Shown here: positions 49,667 to 59,098 of the stretch, piece by piece | How the letters are laid out: each line of letters starts with the position of its first letter | How positions within the stretch are numbered: the stretch's first letter is position 1 | Source: an uncultured Pseudomonadota bacterium | GTDB lineage: Bacteria; Pseudomonadota; Alphaproteobacteria; Rs-D84 | DNA: 64,000 nt | Assembly: GCA_902787305.1 (NCBI GenBank) | Contig: CADAFS010000002.1 | Location: 31,449-95,448, forward strand | Direction of reading: 5' to 3' | Notes under the pieces: generated by a model | Seen by the model: only the letters and a program-made list of their open reading frames with translations | The model's database searches: none | Told to the model about the DNA's origin: nothing | Program-made: the position numbers and the translations under genes

Positions 49667-50299
49667 TTACCGTGAATAAAATTCGACGACCAATTCAGGA
49701 AACATTTGAACCGGATACGGAACATCCGCAAATGCCGGAACACGTGTGAATGTCGCAACGAAATTCGCACTGTCCACATTGATATAATCCGGTGTATTAC
49801 GTTCGCCAGATTCCAACGCCAACACGACCAACGGCATTTGTTTTGCCTTGTCACCAACCGTGATAACATCGCCAGGTTTAACCTGATATGACGCGATTTT
49901 CACGCGTTTGCCATTGACATAGATGTGCCCGTGGCTAACCAATTGACGTGCGGAAAAGACGGTCGGTGCAAACTTTGCGCGATACACAACCGCATCCAAA
50001 CGGCGTTCCAATAACCCAATAAGGTTGTCCGGTGTGTCGCCCCGCATATTGTCGGCCTCCAGATAATACGCGCGGAATTTCTTTTCACCGACATTACCAT
50101 AGTAATTTTTCAATGTCTGTTTCGCGCGCATCTGCTTTGCATAGTCGGTCATATTACCGCCACGCGATGTCGGCCCATGTTGACCCGGTTTGTATTTGCG
50201 TTTGTTAAACGGGGATTTTGCCTGGCCCCACAAATTAACGCCAAGGCTGCGTCCGATTTTAAGTTTACGGGTACTACGTTTTGCCCCACTTCTTGCCAT
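49667..50299 (-). CDS. rpsD: 30S ribosomal protein S4
   Basis: [25 protein letters not shown]...KPGQHG canonical S4. Confidence 0.9.
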   Translation of the reverse strand: MARSGAKRSTRKLKIGRSLGVNLWGQAKSPFNKRKYKPGQHGPTSRGGNMTDYAKQMRAKQTLKNYYGNVGEKKFRAYYLEADNMRGDTPDNLIGLLERRLDAVVYRAKFAPTVFSARQLVSHGHIYVNGKRVKIASYQVKPGDVITVGDKAKQMPLVVLALESGERNTPDYINVDSANFVATFTRVPAFADVPYPVQMFPELVVEFYSR

Positions 50300-50444
50300 A
50301 ATTTAATCCTTTTGGTTTTTTTAACTGTGCCAAACATTTGACAGAAACCTTATCACACCGGGACCAAAACGCACCGATGCTTAATCAGTTCTGATTCTAT
50401 TCAGCGGGCACATAGTAAACCATTTTTTTTGAAAAAGCAAGAAA

Positions 50445-50539
50445 ATAGTGGGAAGTGTTAGTGTAAGTGGTTAGTGAGCGGGGCAATTGCACGATTATTC
50501 CAGAATCCACTTATCACTTACACTAACCACTTACACTAT
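50445..50539. repeat. Inverted pair of dispersed repeat (atagtgggaagtgttagtgtaagtggttagtgag ... ccacttatcacttacactaaccacttacactat), 'empty' MITE-like unit
   Basis: Forward 50445-50478, reverse 50507-50539. ~28 bp between them. Confidence 0.65.
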
Positions 50540-53250
50540 CTCAACATCTTGTAAATAAAGTTTATTGGCACGATTAGCAATGCCAGGCCGGCGGTGGTCA
50601 ACCATTGTACCGGGGTTAGTGGTTCAAGTGACAAAACATTACCGCCGAACGTCACACATGCATAAAGACCGGCAAAAACAACAAATGTCACAATCAAAAA
50701 CATTGGATTTTTGGATAGGCCTGAAAATATATCAAAACCACGCACCCGAACACAGAATCCATTTAGCATTGCCATAATTATTATCAACGCAAACCGGGCG
50801 GACATGGCCGCATCGCCAAAAATTGCAACAAATGGTTCGGCAAGGGTCAGTGTGAATATAAACACACCCGCAATTGTTGTCCATATAACCCCCGCGATTG
50901 TGTCGCCGGTAATAAGTTTTGCGTTTTTGCCCGCGGGTGGTTCGGTCATATATTCCGCGCGCGGTGGTTCGCCACCGAACGCAAGCGAATTCAAACTGTC
51001 GATTACAATGTTTATTATCAGTATCTGTACGGCCATCAATGCCTCTATACCGATAACCAGTGGGAACAAAATACTTATCGCCGCCAGTGTAAAGTTTATC
51101 GGCAATTGAAATCGCAAGAATCCCGTCACATTGTGCATAAATGTTCGGCCCATAAGGATACTGTTGCCAATGGAAACAAAGTTGTTGTCCGTGATTATGA
51201 TATCACTTGCTTCCTTGCATACATCGGTGCTGTCGCCCATGGCGTATCCGACATCCGCACCCTTTAATGCCGGCGCATCGTTTGTACCATCGCCACACAT
51301 ACCGATACAAAGCCCCATTTCTTGGGCAATTTGAACAAGGCGTAATTTTGTATGTGGGGTTGCGCGCGCAATAACACGAATTTGTGGCAAAATGCGTTTG
51401 ACCGCCGCGTCGGACATTTTATCAAATTCGGTTGCGGTTATGGCGATATCATCGTCACTTTGCAAAATTTTACTTTCGCGGGCGATAACACGCGCCGTTT
51501 CCAATATATCGCCCGTTATCATCATAACAGACACACCTGAACCCTGCAATTCCGTCACCATATCCGCAACACCGGGGCGCACATCGTCACGCAACGCGGA
51601 AACACCGATGAATACTAAATTGTTTGGCATTTCGCCCGATTTATGTGTTCCATCATAATATGCCGTTGCGATAACACGCATGGCACGCCGGGCATTAGAC
51701 ACAATAATTCGTCGCACCGTTGCCCGGTTTAATGGATGCGTTGCGCCGGTCGCATCAACATAAAACCGCGAATGTGCAAGGATAATTTCCGGCGCCGCCA
51801 TGACATAGGTGCGCAGCCCCGACTTGGTTTTAACCGTTGTTGCGGAAAACTTGGTCGCACTATCGAATAGGGTTTTTGTTAAAACCTGGTTTTCGCGCTT
51901 TATGGTGGACACCATTTTATGATTTAATCCCAATGCACCAAACAGCGCGCGTTCCGTACTGTTGCCACCAACGATTTGCCCGCCCGCATCAAGCATGGCA
52001 CGCCCATTTAAGACGATGTTATTCATCAACAATCGCACGGCCACGCCACCCGTATTTTGGTTAAACCAAATGTTTGTGCCATCGCCGGTATAATTTGCCA
52101 CAGGTTGCATTTTCCCATACGTAATTGTGCCGGTTTTATCGGTGCAAAGTAATTGTATATTTCCCGCCTCTGGAATTTTATTCGGATTTTTCGCAAGCAA
52201 GTTTTCGCGTGTCATTTTGTGTGCGTTTTGGGCGGTTATGATTTCAATGATAAACGGCAAACCTTCGGGAACCGCCGCCACGAATATAGTAAGCCCCAAT
52301 GTTATCGCATGCGCCACAGTAAGCACAAAATCGCCGAGTCCGTTAAATCCGTCCAAATACCAATGCATGACAACCATGATAACCGCAATACAAATCGCGC
52401 AAATTCCGCCAATTTGTCCAACAACGCCCGCCATTCGGTCAAGGCCACGTTGCAACGCCGTTTTTTCTTCGCCGATATCGGACAAGGTTTTTAATATCTT
52501 GGCATTTTCGGTATCCATTCCAACGCGTGTGACAATCATTGCGCCGCCGCCACCATGAACCGTCGTTCCGGCAAAGACATAGTTCGCGTTGGTATAATCG
52601 TTCGCTGTTATTGGGGCCGCACGATTATATTTGAAATTTGGGAGTGGGGATTTGTGAACCTCTTCACTTTCGCCATTTAGAACGGAATTATTTACCGAAA
52701 TATGCCCGTGGACCAAGTATCCATCCGCCGGGATTCTTTCGCCGGCCTGGAGCAAAACTATATCGCCGACAACTATTTCGGTGCTGTCGATATTTCGGAT
52801 TCGTCCGCCGCGGATAACATTGCACAAAAGCACCGATGCACGCCGCCGCAATTCAAGAGTGCTGTGTTGGCTGCGCAGATGGGTAATAACATTTACAATC
52901 GCAACAATAATGATAACGATGCCGATACCAATCGCCTCTATAATATCGCCATAGCCAAGCAGTGCAAGGCCGATGAACAAACCCGCCATTATAAGTAAAA
53001 TTAGGTTTATTTTTGTCCGAAAGACATCGACCAAGAAATCCCATACACTTTTGACCCGCGGATCGGGCATGGTGTTCGATCCATATTTCTTGCGATTTTG
53101 CGCGACGGCCGCCAAAGATAACCCGTTTAGTGTCAAAAATCCCCCCTGCTTTCTGTGTCCGCATTTTATCGCATTTTTGCCCCCCGGGGCAAGGAGAATT
53201 TTTTGATTATTTACCCGTAATTTGCATAATTGATTGCAATATATGCCCAT
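50536..53250 (-). CDS. Cation-transporting P-type ATPase (P2-type, Ca2+/Mg2+-like)
   Basis: 904 aa. DKTGTIT phosphorylation site, MITGD, GDGTNDAPALKGADVGYAMG, 10 TM segments, N-terminal ...GLS..AAVAQNRKKYGSN. True start unclear (overlaps NUDIX gene 3' end). Confidence 0.85.
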   Translation of the reverse strand: MGIYCNQLCKLRVNNQKILLAPGGKNAIKCGHRKQGGFLTLNGLSLAAVAQNRKKYGSNTMPDPRVKSVWDFLVDVFRTKINLILLIMAGLFIGLALLGYGDIIEAIGIGIVIIIVAIVNVITHLRSQHSTLELRRRASVLLCNVIRGGRIRNIDSTEIVVGDIVLLQAGERIPADGYLVHGHISVNNSVLNGESEEVHKSPLPNFKYNRAAPITANDYTNANYVFAGTTVHGGGGAMIVTRVGMDTENAKILKTLSDIGEEKTALQRGLDRMAGVVGQIGGICAICIAVIMVVMHWYLDGFNGLGDFVLTVAHAITLGLTIFVAAVPEGLPFIIEIITAQNAHKMTRENLLAKNPNKIPEAGNIQLLCTDKTGTITYGKMQPVANYTGDGTNIWFNQNTGGVAVRLLMNNIVLNGRAMLDAGGQIVGGNSTERALFGALGLNHKMVSTIKRENQVLTKTLFDSATKFSATTVKTKSGLRTYVMAAPEIILAHSRFYVDATGATHPLNRATVRRIIVSNARRAMRVIATAYYDGTHKSGEMPNNLVFIGVSALRDDVRPGVADMVTELQGSGVSVMMITGDILETARVIARESKILQSDDDIAITATEFDKMSDAAVKRILPQIRVIARATPHTKLRLVQIAQEMGLCIGMCGDGTNDAPALKGADVGYAMGDSTDVCKEASDIIITDNNFVSIGNSILMGRTFMHNVTGFLRFQLPINFTLAAISILFPLVIGIEALMAVQILIINIVIDSLNSLAFGGEPPRAEYMTEPPAGKNAKLITGDTIAGVIWTTIAGVFIFTLTLAEPFVAIFGDAAMSARFALIIIMAMLNGFCVRVRGFDIFSGLSKNPMFLIVTFVVFAGLYACVTFGGNVLSLEPLTPVQWLTTAGLALLIVPINFIYKMLR

Positions 53251-53809
53251 ATTTGACGATTGGCGTTTCGTCGGGTGCGGTTAAAAAATCCGATTTATTG
53301 ATACTAACCGAATTTATACCATTTGATGTTATTCGTGTTGCGGTTATTTCAGGGATTTTCCCCATAAATAAATCCATACAATCTTTGGCGCGCACGCGAA
53401 CAACGGCGCCGACCTCCGTCGATTGAAAACAAAAATCTGTAAATCCGATTGGTAATTTATTTATATAAACATGGGCAAATGCACGGTCATGCCAATTTTT
53501 TTCATCTTTATCTTGGCGCCAGAATACGATTTGCAACGGAATCGCATTCGATGTATCCGTGTCGACGCCAATTTCTTCCATAATTTCACGCCGGAAAGCA
53601 TCACGTACCGTTTCATCCGCCAAAACATGTCCCGATGCAGTCGTGTACAGTTTCCCAGAATCCGCACGTTCTTGAAAATATATATTACCGTCGTCGTCAT
53701 ACATCCAACAATGAACCGTTTTGTGCCAAAGTCCACGTTCATGCACAATTCCGCGCGATTCTGTACCAATTTTATTCATATATTCATCATAAACACCAAG
53801 ATTTTCCAT
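53207..53809 (-). CDS. NUDIX hydrolase
   Basis: Nudix box GHVLADETVRDAFRREIMEEIGV (G-x5-E-x7-REU-x-EE-x-GU). Confidence 0.7.
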   Translation of the reverse strand: MENLGVYDEYMNKIGTESRGIVHERGLWHKTVHCWMYDDDGNIYFQERADSGKLYTTASGHVLADETVRDAFRREIMEEIGVDTDTSNAIPLQIVFWRQDKDEKNWHDRAFAHVYINKLPIGFTDFCFQSTEVGAVVRVRAKDCMDLFMGKIPEITATRITSNGINSVSINKSDFLTAPDETPIVKYGHILQSIMQITGK

Positions 53810-53867
53810 GTGTCACCCCTTTTCTCTCGAGACATGGTAATAAAATAGGCCAGATTTTGTAAATCAA

Positions 53868-53895
53868 AAAATCCACCATCCGGTGGATTTTTAAG
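53868..53895 (-). terminator. Terminator (atccaccggatggtggat + T6 on minus strand) downstream of GIY-YIG gene / tRNA-Ser
   Basis: Stem-loop followed by T-run in minus orientation. Confidence 0.6.
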
Positions 53896-54045
53896 ATTTA
53901 ATTCGCTGTCTTGATAAACAATAATCAACCGTAAACGCAAAAACTCTATTACACATATCCGTTTTTGCACGGTTGCTAATTGTTTATTCGCGGATTGTGT
54001 GCTGCACTATCGTTCGCACACATCCCATCATCTCCGCCGGTAAAA

Positions 54046-54285
54046 TCAAAAATGATTTTTACAAAATTTACGTCCAGAATGAGTTTTTAAGTAAGATTCA
54101 AAATCTTTGGCTTTTTGTTCGTCATCAAATGCAAAATAATTTTTTATTTGCCACGGTCTATATTTATTTGTATGTATAGATTTTCCGGAATTATGTTCCG
54201 CTAATCTCTGTTTTACGTCAGTTGTAAAACCAATATAAAATGAATCCGGATTATTTATTGATTGTAAAATATAAACATAATACAT
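54046..54285 (-). CDS. GIY-YIG nuclease superfamily small protein (UPF0213-like)
   Basis: MYYVYILQSINNPDSFYIGFTTDVKQRLAEHNSGK...RPW is the GIY-YIG core (YVY, YIG, R, E, N). Confidence 0.65.
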   Translation of the reverse strand: MYYVYILQSINNPDSFYIGFTTDVKQRLAEHNSGKSIHTNKYRPWQIKNYFAFDDEQKAKDFESYLKTHSGRKFCKNHF

Positions 54286-54401
54286 ATTTAACCCGTCTTT
54301 TTGTCTTGTTTTTTATAAAAAACTGCGACTAAAAAGCCGCGGCACTCCGTTTTGCTACACTTAAATCCGCTTAACCGCGGCTTTGCGTTAGTAAAGACGG
54401 G

Positions 54402-54492
54402 TGGCGGAGATGATGGGATTCGAACCCATGATACGGTTGCCCGTATACCACATTTCCAATGTGGCGCACTAGACCAACTATGCGACATCTCC
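54402..54492 (-). tRNA. tRNA-Ser (anticodon GGA)
   Basis: Reverse complement GGAGATGTCGCATAGTTGGTCTAGTGCGCCACATTGGAAATGTGGTATACGGGCAACCGTATCATGGGTTCGAATCCCATCATCTCCGCCA. Acceptor 7 bp, anticodon loop TTGGAAA, long variable arm (class II), T-arm GGGTTCGAATCCC, CCA encoded. Confidence 0.8.
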
Positions 54493-54510
54493 GGATTTTT
54501 TAGATTTTAT

Positions 54511-54909
54511 TTATTCTTCGTCGGATTCCTCGCCGTCACCCATAACATCTTCGGCGACCAATTCCGCCGCATCAACCGGTGCGTCACCAACCAATGTGTC
54601 TTCCAGTTCCGCATCAATATCGCGCAGTTCGGGGTTAACACTGCTAACCTCTAATGTTTCTTCGGCGTTTTCGATGGCCGGCGTTTCCTTATATGATTGC
54701 ACGAATTCGTGGCGGATTCCCGCGATATCAAGTTTTCCACTTGCGATTTCGCGCAATGCCACAACCGTCGGTTTATCGCCGTCGCGTTCAACCACCGGCG
54801 CGGCCCCACCGTTCAGGTCGCGAACCCGCTGTGACGCAAGCATCCCCAGTTCATAGCGGCTTTCCACAAATGGTAATGTATCAGAATTAGTCGTGCGTGC
54901 CATATTCAA
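54511..54909 (-). CDS. rpoZ: DNA-directed RNA polymerase subunit omega with acidic C-terminal extension
   Basis: MARTTNSDTLPFVESRYELGMLASQRVRDLNGGAAPVVE... matches RpoZ core. 132 aa. Confidence 0.75.
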   Translation of the reverse strand: MNMARTTNSDTLPFVESRYELGMLASQRVRDLNGGAAPVVERDGDKPTVVALREIASGKLDIAGIRHEFVQSYKETPAIENAEETLEVSSVNPELRDIDAELEDTLVGDAPVDAAELVAEDVMGDGEESDEE

Positions 54910-54955
54910 TTCCTTTGTTGAAATGTATCATTAGCCACGCTATAATGATTCAAAA

Positions 54956-56248
54956 ATGGTCAAAATGCAAGAAAAAAATATAAAAACTTTATCTTTTGGG
55001 TGCCGTCTTAACGCGATGGAATGCGAACGGATTGGCGGGATGTTGTCGCGCGCCGGCGTTTGCGCGGTGGTTGTGAATACCTGTGCCGTGACCGCAGAGG
55101 CCGAACGCCAATGTGGCCAGGCGGTGCGAAAAATCGCACGCGAAAATCCGGGTGCAATAATTTTTGTGACCGGGTGCGCCGCGACAAGGAATCCGGGACT
55201 GTTTGAAAAAATTCCGGGTGCGGCGGTTATTCCGAACGAAAAAAAGATGGATTTAGATGTTTATCTGGGTAAATTATCGCAAAAAAATCGCGGCAATTCG
55301 TGCCCGGAAATAACCGGTAATTTTGATACAGAAAACAAACTTTCCAAAAAGTTTATTCAGATTCAAAACGGATGCAATCACGATTGCACTTATTGTGTGA
55401 CGCGACTGCTCCGTGGGCCGGCGGTGTCGTTCGAATATGATGAAATTTTGGCAAATGTGCGTGCGGCGACCGCGGATGGGTTTGGGGAAATTGTGCTAAC
55501 CGGTGTGGATGCGGCATCTTATGTTCGGGTTTATGACGGGCGGCCATTTTTGATTTCAGATTTGTGCCGGCGGTTGTTAAAAGACGCACCGGAAATTGAA
55601 CGGCTGCGCCTTTCGTCGGTGGACCCGGCGGTGCCGGCAATCCGCGATATTATCAAAATGATGAAAAGCGAACCCCGTTTTATGCCACATTTGCACCTTT
55701 CCATGCAGTCGGGGTCGGACACGATTTTGCACGCGATGCGGCGGCGACACACGGCGGACACGGTGCGCGATTTGGCGCGCCTTGCGAATGGAAGTGTTAG
55801 TTTTAGTTGGGATATAATCTGTGGTTTTCCAGGCGAAACGGAAGAATTATTTGCCGATACATTAGAATTGGCGCGCGAATTAAAACCAATAAGGATTCAC
55901 GCATTTCCTTTTTCGCCCCGCCCCGGGACGGTGGCGGCGAATATGCCGAACCCGGTTCCACGCAATATCGCACGGGCGCGCGTTCATAAAATAACCGCCG
56001 TTGCGGATGAAAACTTGCGTGAGTTTATGGAACGTCAGGTCGGCAATATGTGCCGGGTTTTGGTTGAATCCGACAATATCGCACGCACACCGGATGATAT
56101 CCCGATTAAAATTGGCGGTGCGCCCATCCCGCCCCGCACAATTTGCGATGTAAAGATTACCGGGATTGATGACGGGGTGTTAGTGGGCGGTCCGTCCCGT
56201 CACCGCAAAGCGGTGCCGAGGCCGCGACGGACTAACCACTTACATTAA
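54956..56248 (+). CDS. mtaB: Radical-SAM methylthiotransferase, MiaB/RimO/MtaB family (likely tRNA t6A37 methylthiotransferase MtaB)
   Basis: N-terminal MTTase domain Cys triad (C..C..C in FGCRLNAMECE...VNTCAV...TGCAA). Radical-SAM CNHDCTYC. TRAM-like C-terminus. Stop codon lies in a dispersed-repeat copy (56231-56249). Confidence 0.75.
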   Translation: MVKMQEKNIKTLSFGCRLNAMECERIGGMLSRAGVCAVVVNTCAVTAEAERQCGQAVRKIARENPGAIIFVTGCAATRNPGLFEKIPGAAVIPNEKKMDLDVYLGKLSQKNRGNSCPEITGNFDTENKLSKKFIQIQNGCNHDCTYCVTRLLRGPAVSFEYDEILANVRAATADGFGEIVLTGVDAASYVRVYDGRPFLISDLCRRLLKDAPEIERLRLSSVDPAVPAIRDIIKMMKSEPRFMPHLHLSMQSGSDTILHAMRRRHTADTVRDLARLANGSVSFSWDIICGFPGETEELFADTLELARELKPIRIHAFPFSPRPGTVAANMPNPVPRNIARARVHKITAVADENLREFMERQVGNMCRVLVESDNIARTPDDIPIKIGGAPIPPRTICDVKITGIDDGVLVGGPSRHRKAVPRPRRTNHLH

Positions 56249-56249
56249 T
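56231..56249. repeat. Dispersed repeat copy, inverted (actaaccacttacattaat) overlapping mtaB-like 3' end
   Basis: Reverse complement of the TTAGTGTAAGTGGTTAGT core. Confidence 0.55.
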
Positions 56250-57513
56250 CTGGGAAAATCCAGAGCCAGCAATAATCTTCATCACCCGGATGCGTGCCAT
56301 CATGTGCAGGCTGGCCCGCGGGGGCGGGTTCGTATCCGCCGCATTCCTTTTTGCGTTGAACCCCAGACATAACCGCAATTTTGTCCGCATCGGTTGATGC
56401 ATTATACGTTGTTGAACCATCGTATGTTGCGACACCATCACCCAACGCACCGGTGGTTGCGTCATACATCGCGACATTACCCGGCGTGCCGGTGGGCGCG
56501 GCATTTTGTATTTCCGTATGCAACGCACTATACACATCTTTCAGCAGTTCCAACGACACCAATGTGGCCTTGACTTGTGCCTCGGTAAGGCCTTGGCCAC
56601 TTGCGAACGTGGCGGATGCCGTTGTGCCATCAATATAGTTCATAACCGCCTCTGCGCCGAATTTTTCGGTTAATGCCAAATTTTTGCCCGCGGTCGTGTA
56701 AACGCTTGACGGACTTCCGGAGCTGTTACCCAACACAACGGCTTGATTCCCTTTTGGTGCCTGAGATCCAGTTAATCTTGAGCTTAGAACATCTTGTTTG
56801 TCAAGCCGAATCGATTGCATCTCATATGATACAGAACGTACAGTCGGAACAAAATTATCCAAATACCCCGATTCTTCATCATCCGATAAATCCAGAAAAT
56901 CATATGAATGTAAGCCCCCCAAATTTTGGTTTATACCCAAAACACCGATTTTGTTACCCAGTACCCCATCGGCATTGTTTGTGCCGGTTCCGTATGACAC
57001 AAGTGCCGGAACATCGTAATCGATTTGTTCTTCGGGTTCATGAAATGTCACCAGGTCGGTTTCGATAATATCCTGTTTTGTATCGACATACGCCTTAGAT
57101 GCCACGGTTTTCTTGTCCAATTCTGTTGGTTCCGCAAATGACGGCGTGGCGATAAAGAGTGCAACAAGTGCGGCAAACCACACCCCGGCGGGTGCTACCC
57201 GCCACCCCTCTCTAGAGGGGAACTTGTGGCATATTTTCTTTGTCATCCCGCTGAAAAGCGGGATCCCGTTAGTTTTACTGCAAACCAACTCTCTACAACA
57301 CCGCGGAGATTCCGCGTTTCCGCGGAATGACGGCACATTTTTGCGGGGCCCAGTACCGCGGAATGACGGCACTTTGTGTTCCCCTTCTTTCCAAGAAGGG
57401 GTGGCGCACGGAGTGCGACGGGGTAATTCCCATACCCCGCCCTGTTCCACGGGGCACCCCTTTCCATCGGAAAGGGGAGATATCGTTTTGTTGAATAAAT
57501 TTATCTTTTTCAT
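56245..57513 (-). CDS. Hypothetical protein with internal signal-anchor, Gly/Thr/Ser-rich (start ambiguous: 57513 with strong RBS, or 57246)
   Basis: GGAGAGGA RBS 5 nt before ATG 57513. Hydrophobic segment GVWFAALVALFIATPSFA. 5' portion overlaps the palindromic repeat cluster, which translates to repeated VPSFRG. Confidence 0.4.
   Translation of the reverse strand: MKKINLFNKTISPLSDGKGCPVEQGGVWELPRRTPCATPSWKEGEHKVPSFRGTGPRKNVPSFRGNAESPRCCRELVCSKTNGIPLFSGMTKKICHKFPSREGWRVAPAGVWFAALVALFIATPSFAEPTELDKKTVASKAYVDTKQDIIETDLVTFHEPEEQIDYDVPALVSYGTGTNNADGVLGNKIGVLGINQNLGGLHSYDFLDLSDDEESGYLDNFVPTVRSVSYEMQSIRLDKQDVLSSRLTGSQAPKGNQAVVLGNSSGSPSSVYTTAGKNLALTEKFGAEAVMNYIDGTTASATFASGQGLTEAQVKATLVSLELLKDVYSALHTEIQNAAPTGTPGNVAMYDATTGALGDGVATYDGSTTYNASTDADKIAVMSGVQRKKECGGYEPAPAGQPAHDGTHPGDEDYCWLWIFPD
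57185..57480. repeat. Cluster of >=6 short perfect palindromes/hairpins incl. duplicated tttccgcggaatgacggcac (57313-57332, 57356-57375)
   Basis: ggcggg-tgcta-cccgcc, cccctct-ct-agagggg, atcccgc-tgaaaa-gcgggat, ccccttctt-tcc-aagaagggg, cccctttcc-atc-ggaaagggg. GC-rich relative to surroundings. Confidence 0.6.
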
Positions 57514-57861
57514 TGTGTCCTCTCCCATTTTGTTTGTTGTTATGAAAAAACGTCGCCAAATGGGACGTGTCGGGGTGTTCAAAAACCATACAAGACAATG
57601 ATCCCAAGGCCTTTTGCCGAAGCATTATAACCATTGGCACCCCAACAATAGGGGTATATCAAAATGACGGCACAGAATATCGGAAATTCTATGGATTACG
57701 ACATAATGTGCCGGTCTTGTATTGGGTTTTTGAAGACCCGAAATTCAGAATCCCTTCTGACTTCGCTCTTATACTATCACGAATCGGGTTTGCGGGGCAA
57801 GTGGTTTTTTATAACGCATAAAAATACCGCGATTTCCGCGGTGTTGATAACATTTTTGTCT

Positions 57862-58329
57862 TTATGACTTTAACAACCGGGCGCGGGATTTTTCCCATTC
57901 GCGGCGTTTTATTGTTTCACGTTTATCCGCGCGGTTTTTACCGTGACCAATGCCCAGCAAAACCTTTAACCGGCCACGATTATTGAAATAGAGTTTTAAT
58001 GGAAATATGGTTGCGCCCCGGTCATTTAGCCGCCCAATCATGCGGTTTATTTGCGTCCGGTGCAACAAAAGCCGCCGTGGCCGACGTTCGTCAAAGTTTG
58101 TAATGCGCGCCGCGGTGGGTAATTTTTGAATTTCGATGCCCGCAAGATATAAATCCGTTCCGCGTTTTTGCACAAACCCATCAACAATCGTGACCAGGCC
58201 GTAACGAAGTGACTTAACCTCTGCCCCACTTAGTTCGATGCCCGCCTCTATCGTGTCTTCGGTAACATAACTGAACCGCGCTTTGCGGTTTTCAGAAACA
58301 GGGCCAAATTTTATCATACTGCGTGGCAT
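57862..58329 (-). CDS. smpB: SsrA-binding protein SmpB
   Basis: 155 aa. ...ENRKARFSYVTEDTIEAGIELSGAEVKS... canonical SmpB. Confidence 0.9.
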   Translation of the reverse strand: MPRSMIKFGPVSENRKARFSYVTEDTIEAGIELSGAEVKSLRYGLVTIVDGFVQKRGTDLYLAGIEIQKLPTAARITNFDERRPRRLLLHRTQINRMIGRLNDRGATIFPLKLYFNNRGRLKVLLGIGHGKNRADKRETIKRREWEKSRARLLKS

Positions 58330-58330
58330 A

Positions 58331-59098
58331 TTAAATCTTTATCTTTGGATAGAGTTTTTTTACGTTTTCCATTACTATATCACACATTTTTTCAAATGAA
58401 ACATTTTTTATTTCCGATAAAACACGCGTTGTCTCAATTACATAGGCCGGTTCGCAAATCTTGCCGCGGTATGGAACGGGCGCGCAATATGGGCTATCGG
58501 TTTCAACGACCAGACGGTCGAGGGGGATGCGCGAAAATGTTTCGCGGATTTCGCCCGCATTCTTGAACGTCAAAATGCCACTCGCCGAAAAAAAGTATCC
58601 GCGGTCCAACATTTTTTTCGCCAAATCATAACCCGATGTAAAACAATGCATAACGCCATAAATATCGGGATATCGTGACAAAATTTCAAATGTATCACTT
58701 TCCGCATCGCGCGTATGGATTGCAACCGGAAGTCCCGCGCGCCGCGCCATGTCCAGTTGCCTTTCAAACAATTCAATTTGTGCATCGCGCGTGTCGGCCG
58801 ACATTTCATGATAATCAAGTCCGATTTCACCAACCGCCAAAACGCGCGAATCCCCCAAAATTTCGTCCGTGATATAATCCGCCGGGTTTGTTCCCGCATG
58901 TTCGGGGTGAATTCCAATTGTCGCAAAAACATTATCGTGCACATGCGCCAACTTTATCGCCGGCAAAATATCCACCGGGTCCGCCGTCGGGCATATCATA
59001 TATTTTACACCCGCCGCAACTGCACGCGCCATCACCGCCGCCGCACCACCAAGGTGTGAAAAATCGTATGTTAAATGACAATGTGTATCTATAAGCAT
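58331..59098 (-). CDS. tatD: TatD-family metal-dependent deoxyribonuclease
   Basis: MLIDTHCHL start, conserved His/Glu/Asp metal ligands. 255 aa. Confidence 0.85.
   Translation of the reverse strand: MLIDTHCHLTYDFSHLGGAAAVMARAVAAGVKYMICPTADPVDILPAIKLAHVHDNVFATIGIHPEHAGTNPADYITDEILGDSRVLAVGEIGLDYHEMSADTRDAQIELFERQLDMARRAGLPVAIHTRDAESDTFEILSRYPDIYGVMHCFTSGYDLAKKMLDRGYFFSASGILTFKNAGEIRETFSRIPLDRLVVETDSPYCAPVPYRGKICEPAYVIETTRVLSEIKNVSFEKMCDIVMENVKKLYPKIKI

Noticed and set aside
54288-54488. 66-aa ORF
   Set aside because: Overlaps tRNA-Ser(GGA) and its terminator hairpin on the same strand, so it is an artefact of the tRNA sequence.
57582-57640. Treating 56245-57582 as one 445-aa CDS from the first ATG
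   Set aside because: The first ATG lacks an RBS. A strong GGAGAGGA RBS precedes ATG 57513, and the intervening DNA is a palindromic repeat cluster. Start left ambiguous.
57600-57860. Possible tmRNA (ssrA) next to smpB
   Set aside because: No tRNA-like acceptor/T-arm or resume-codon/tag reading frame recognisable by eye. Alphaproteobacterial two-piece tmRNA cannot be excluded without a covariance-model search.
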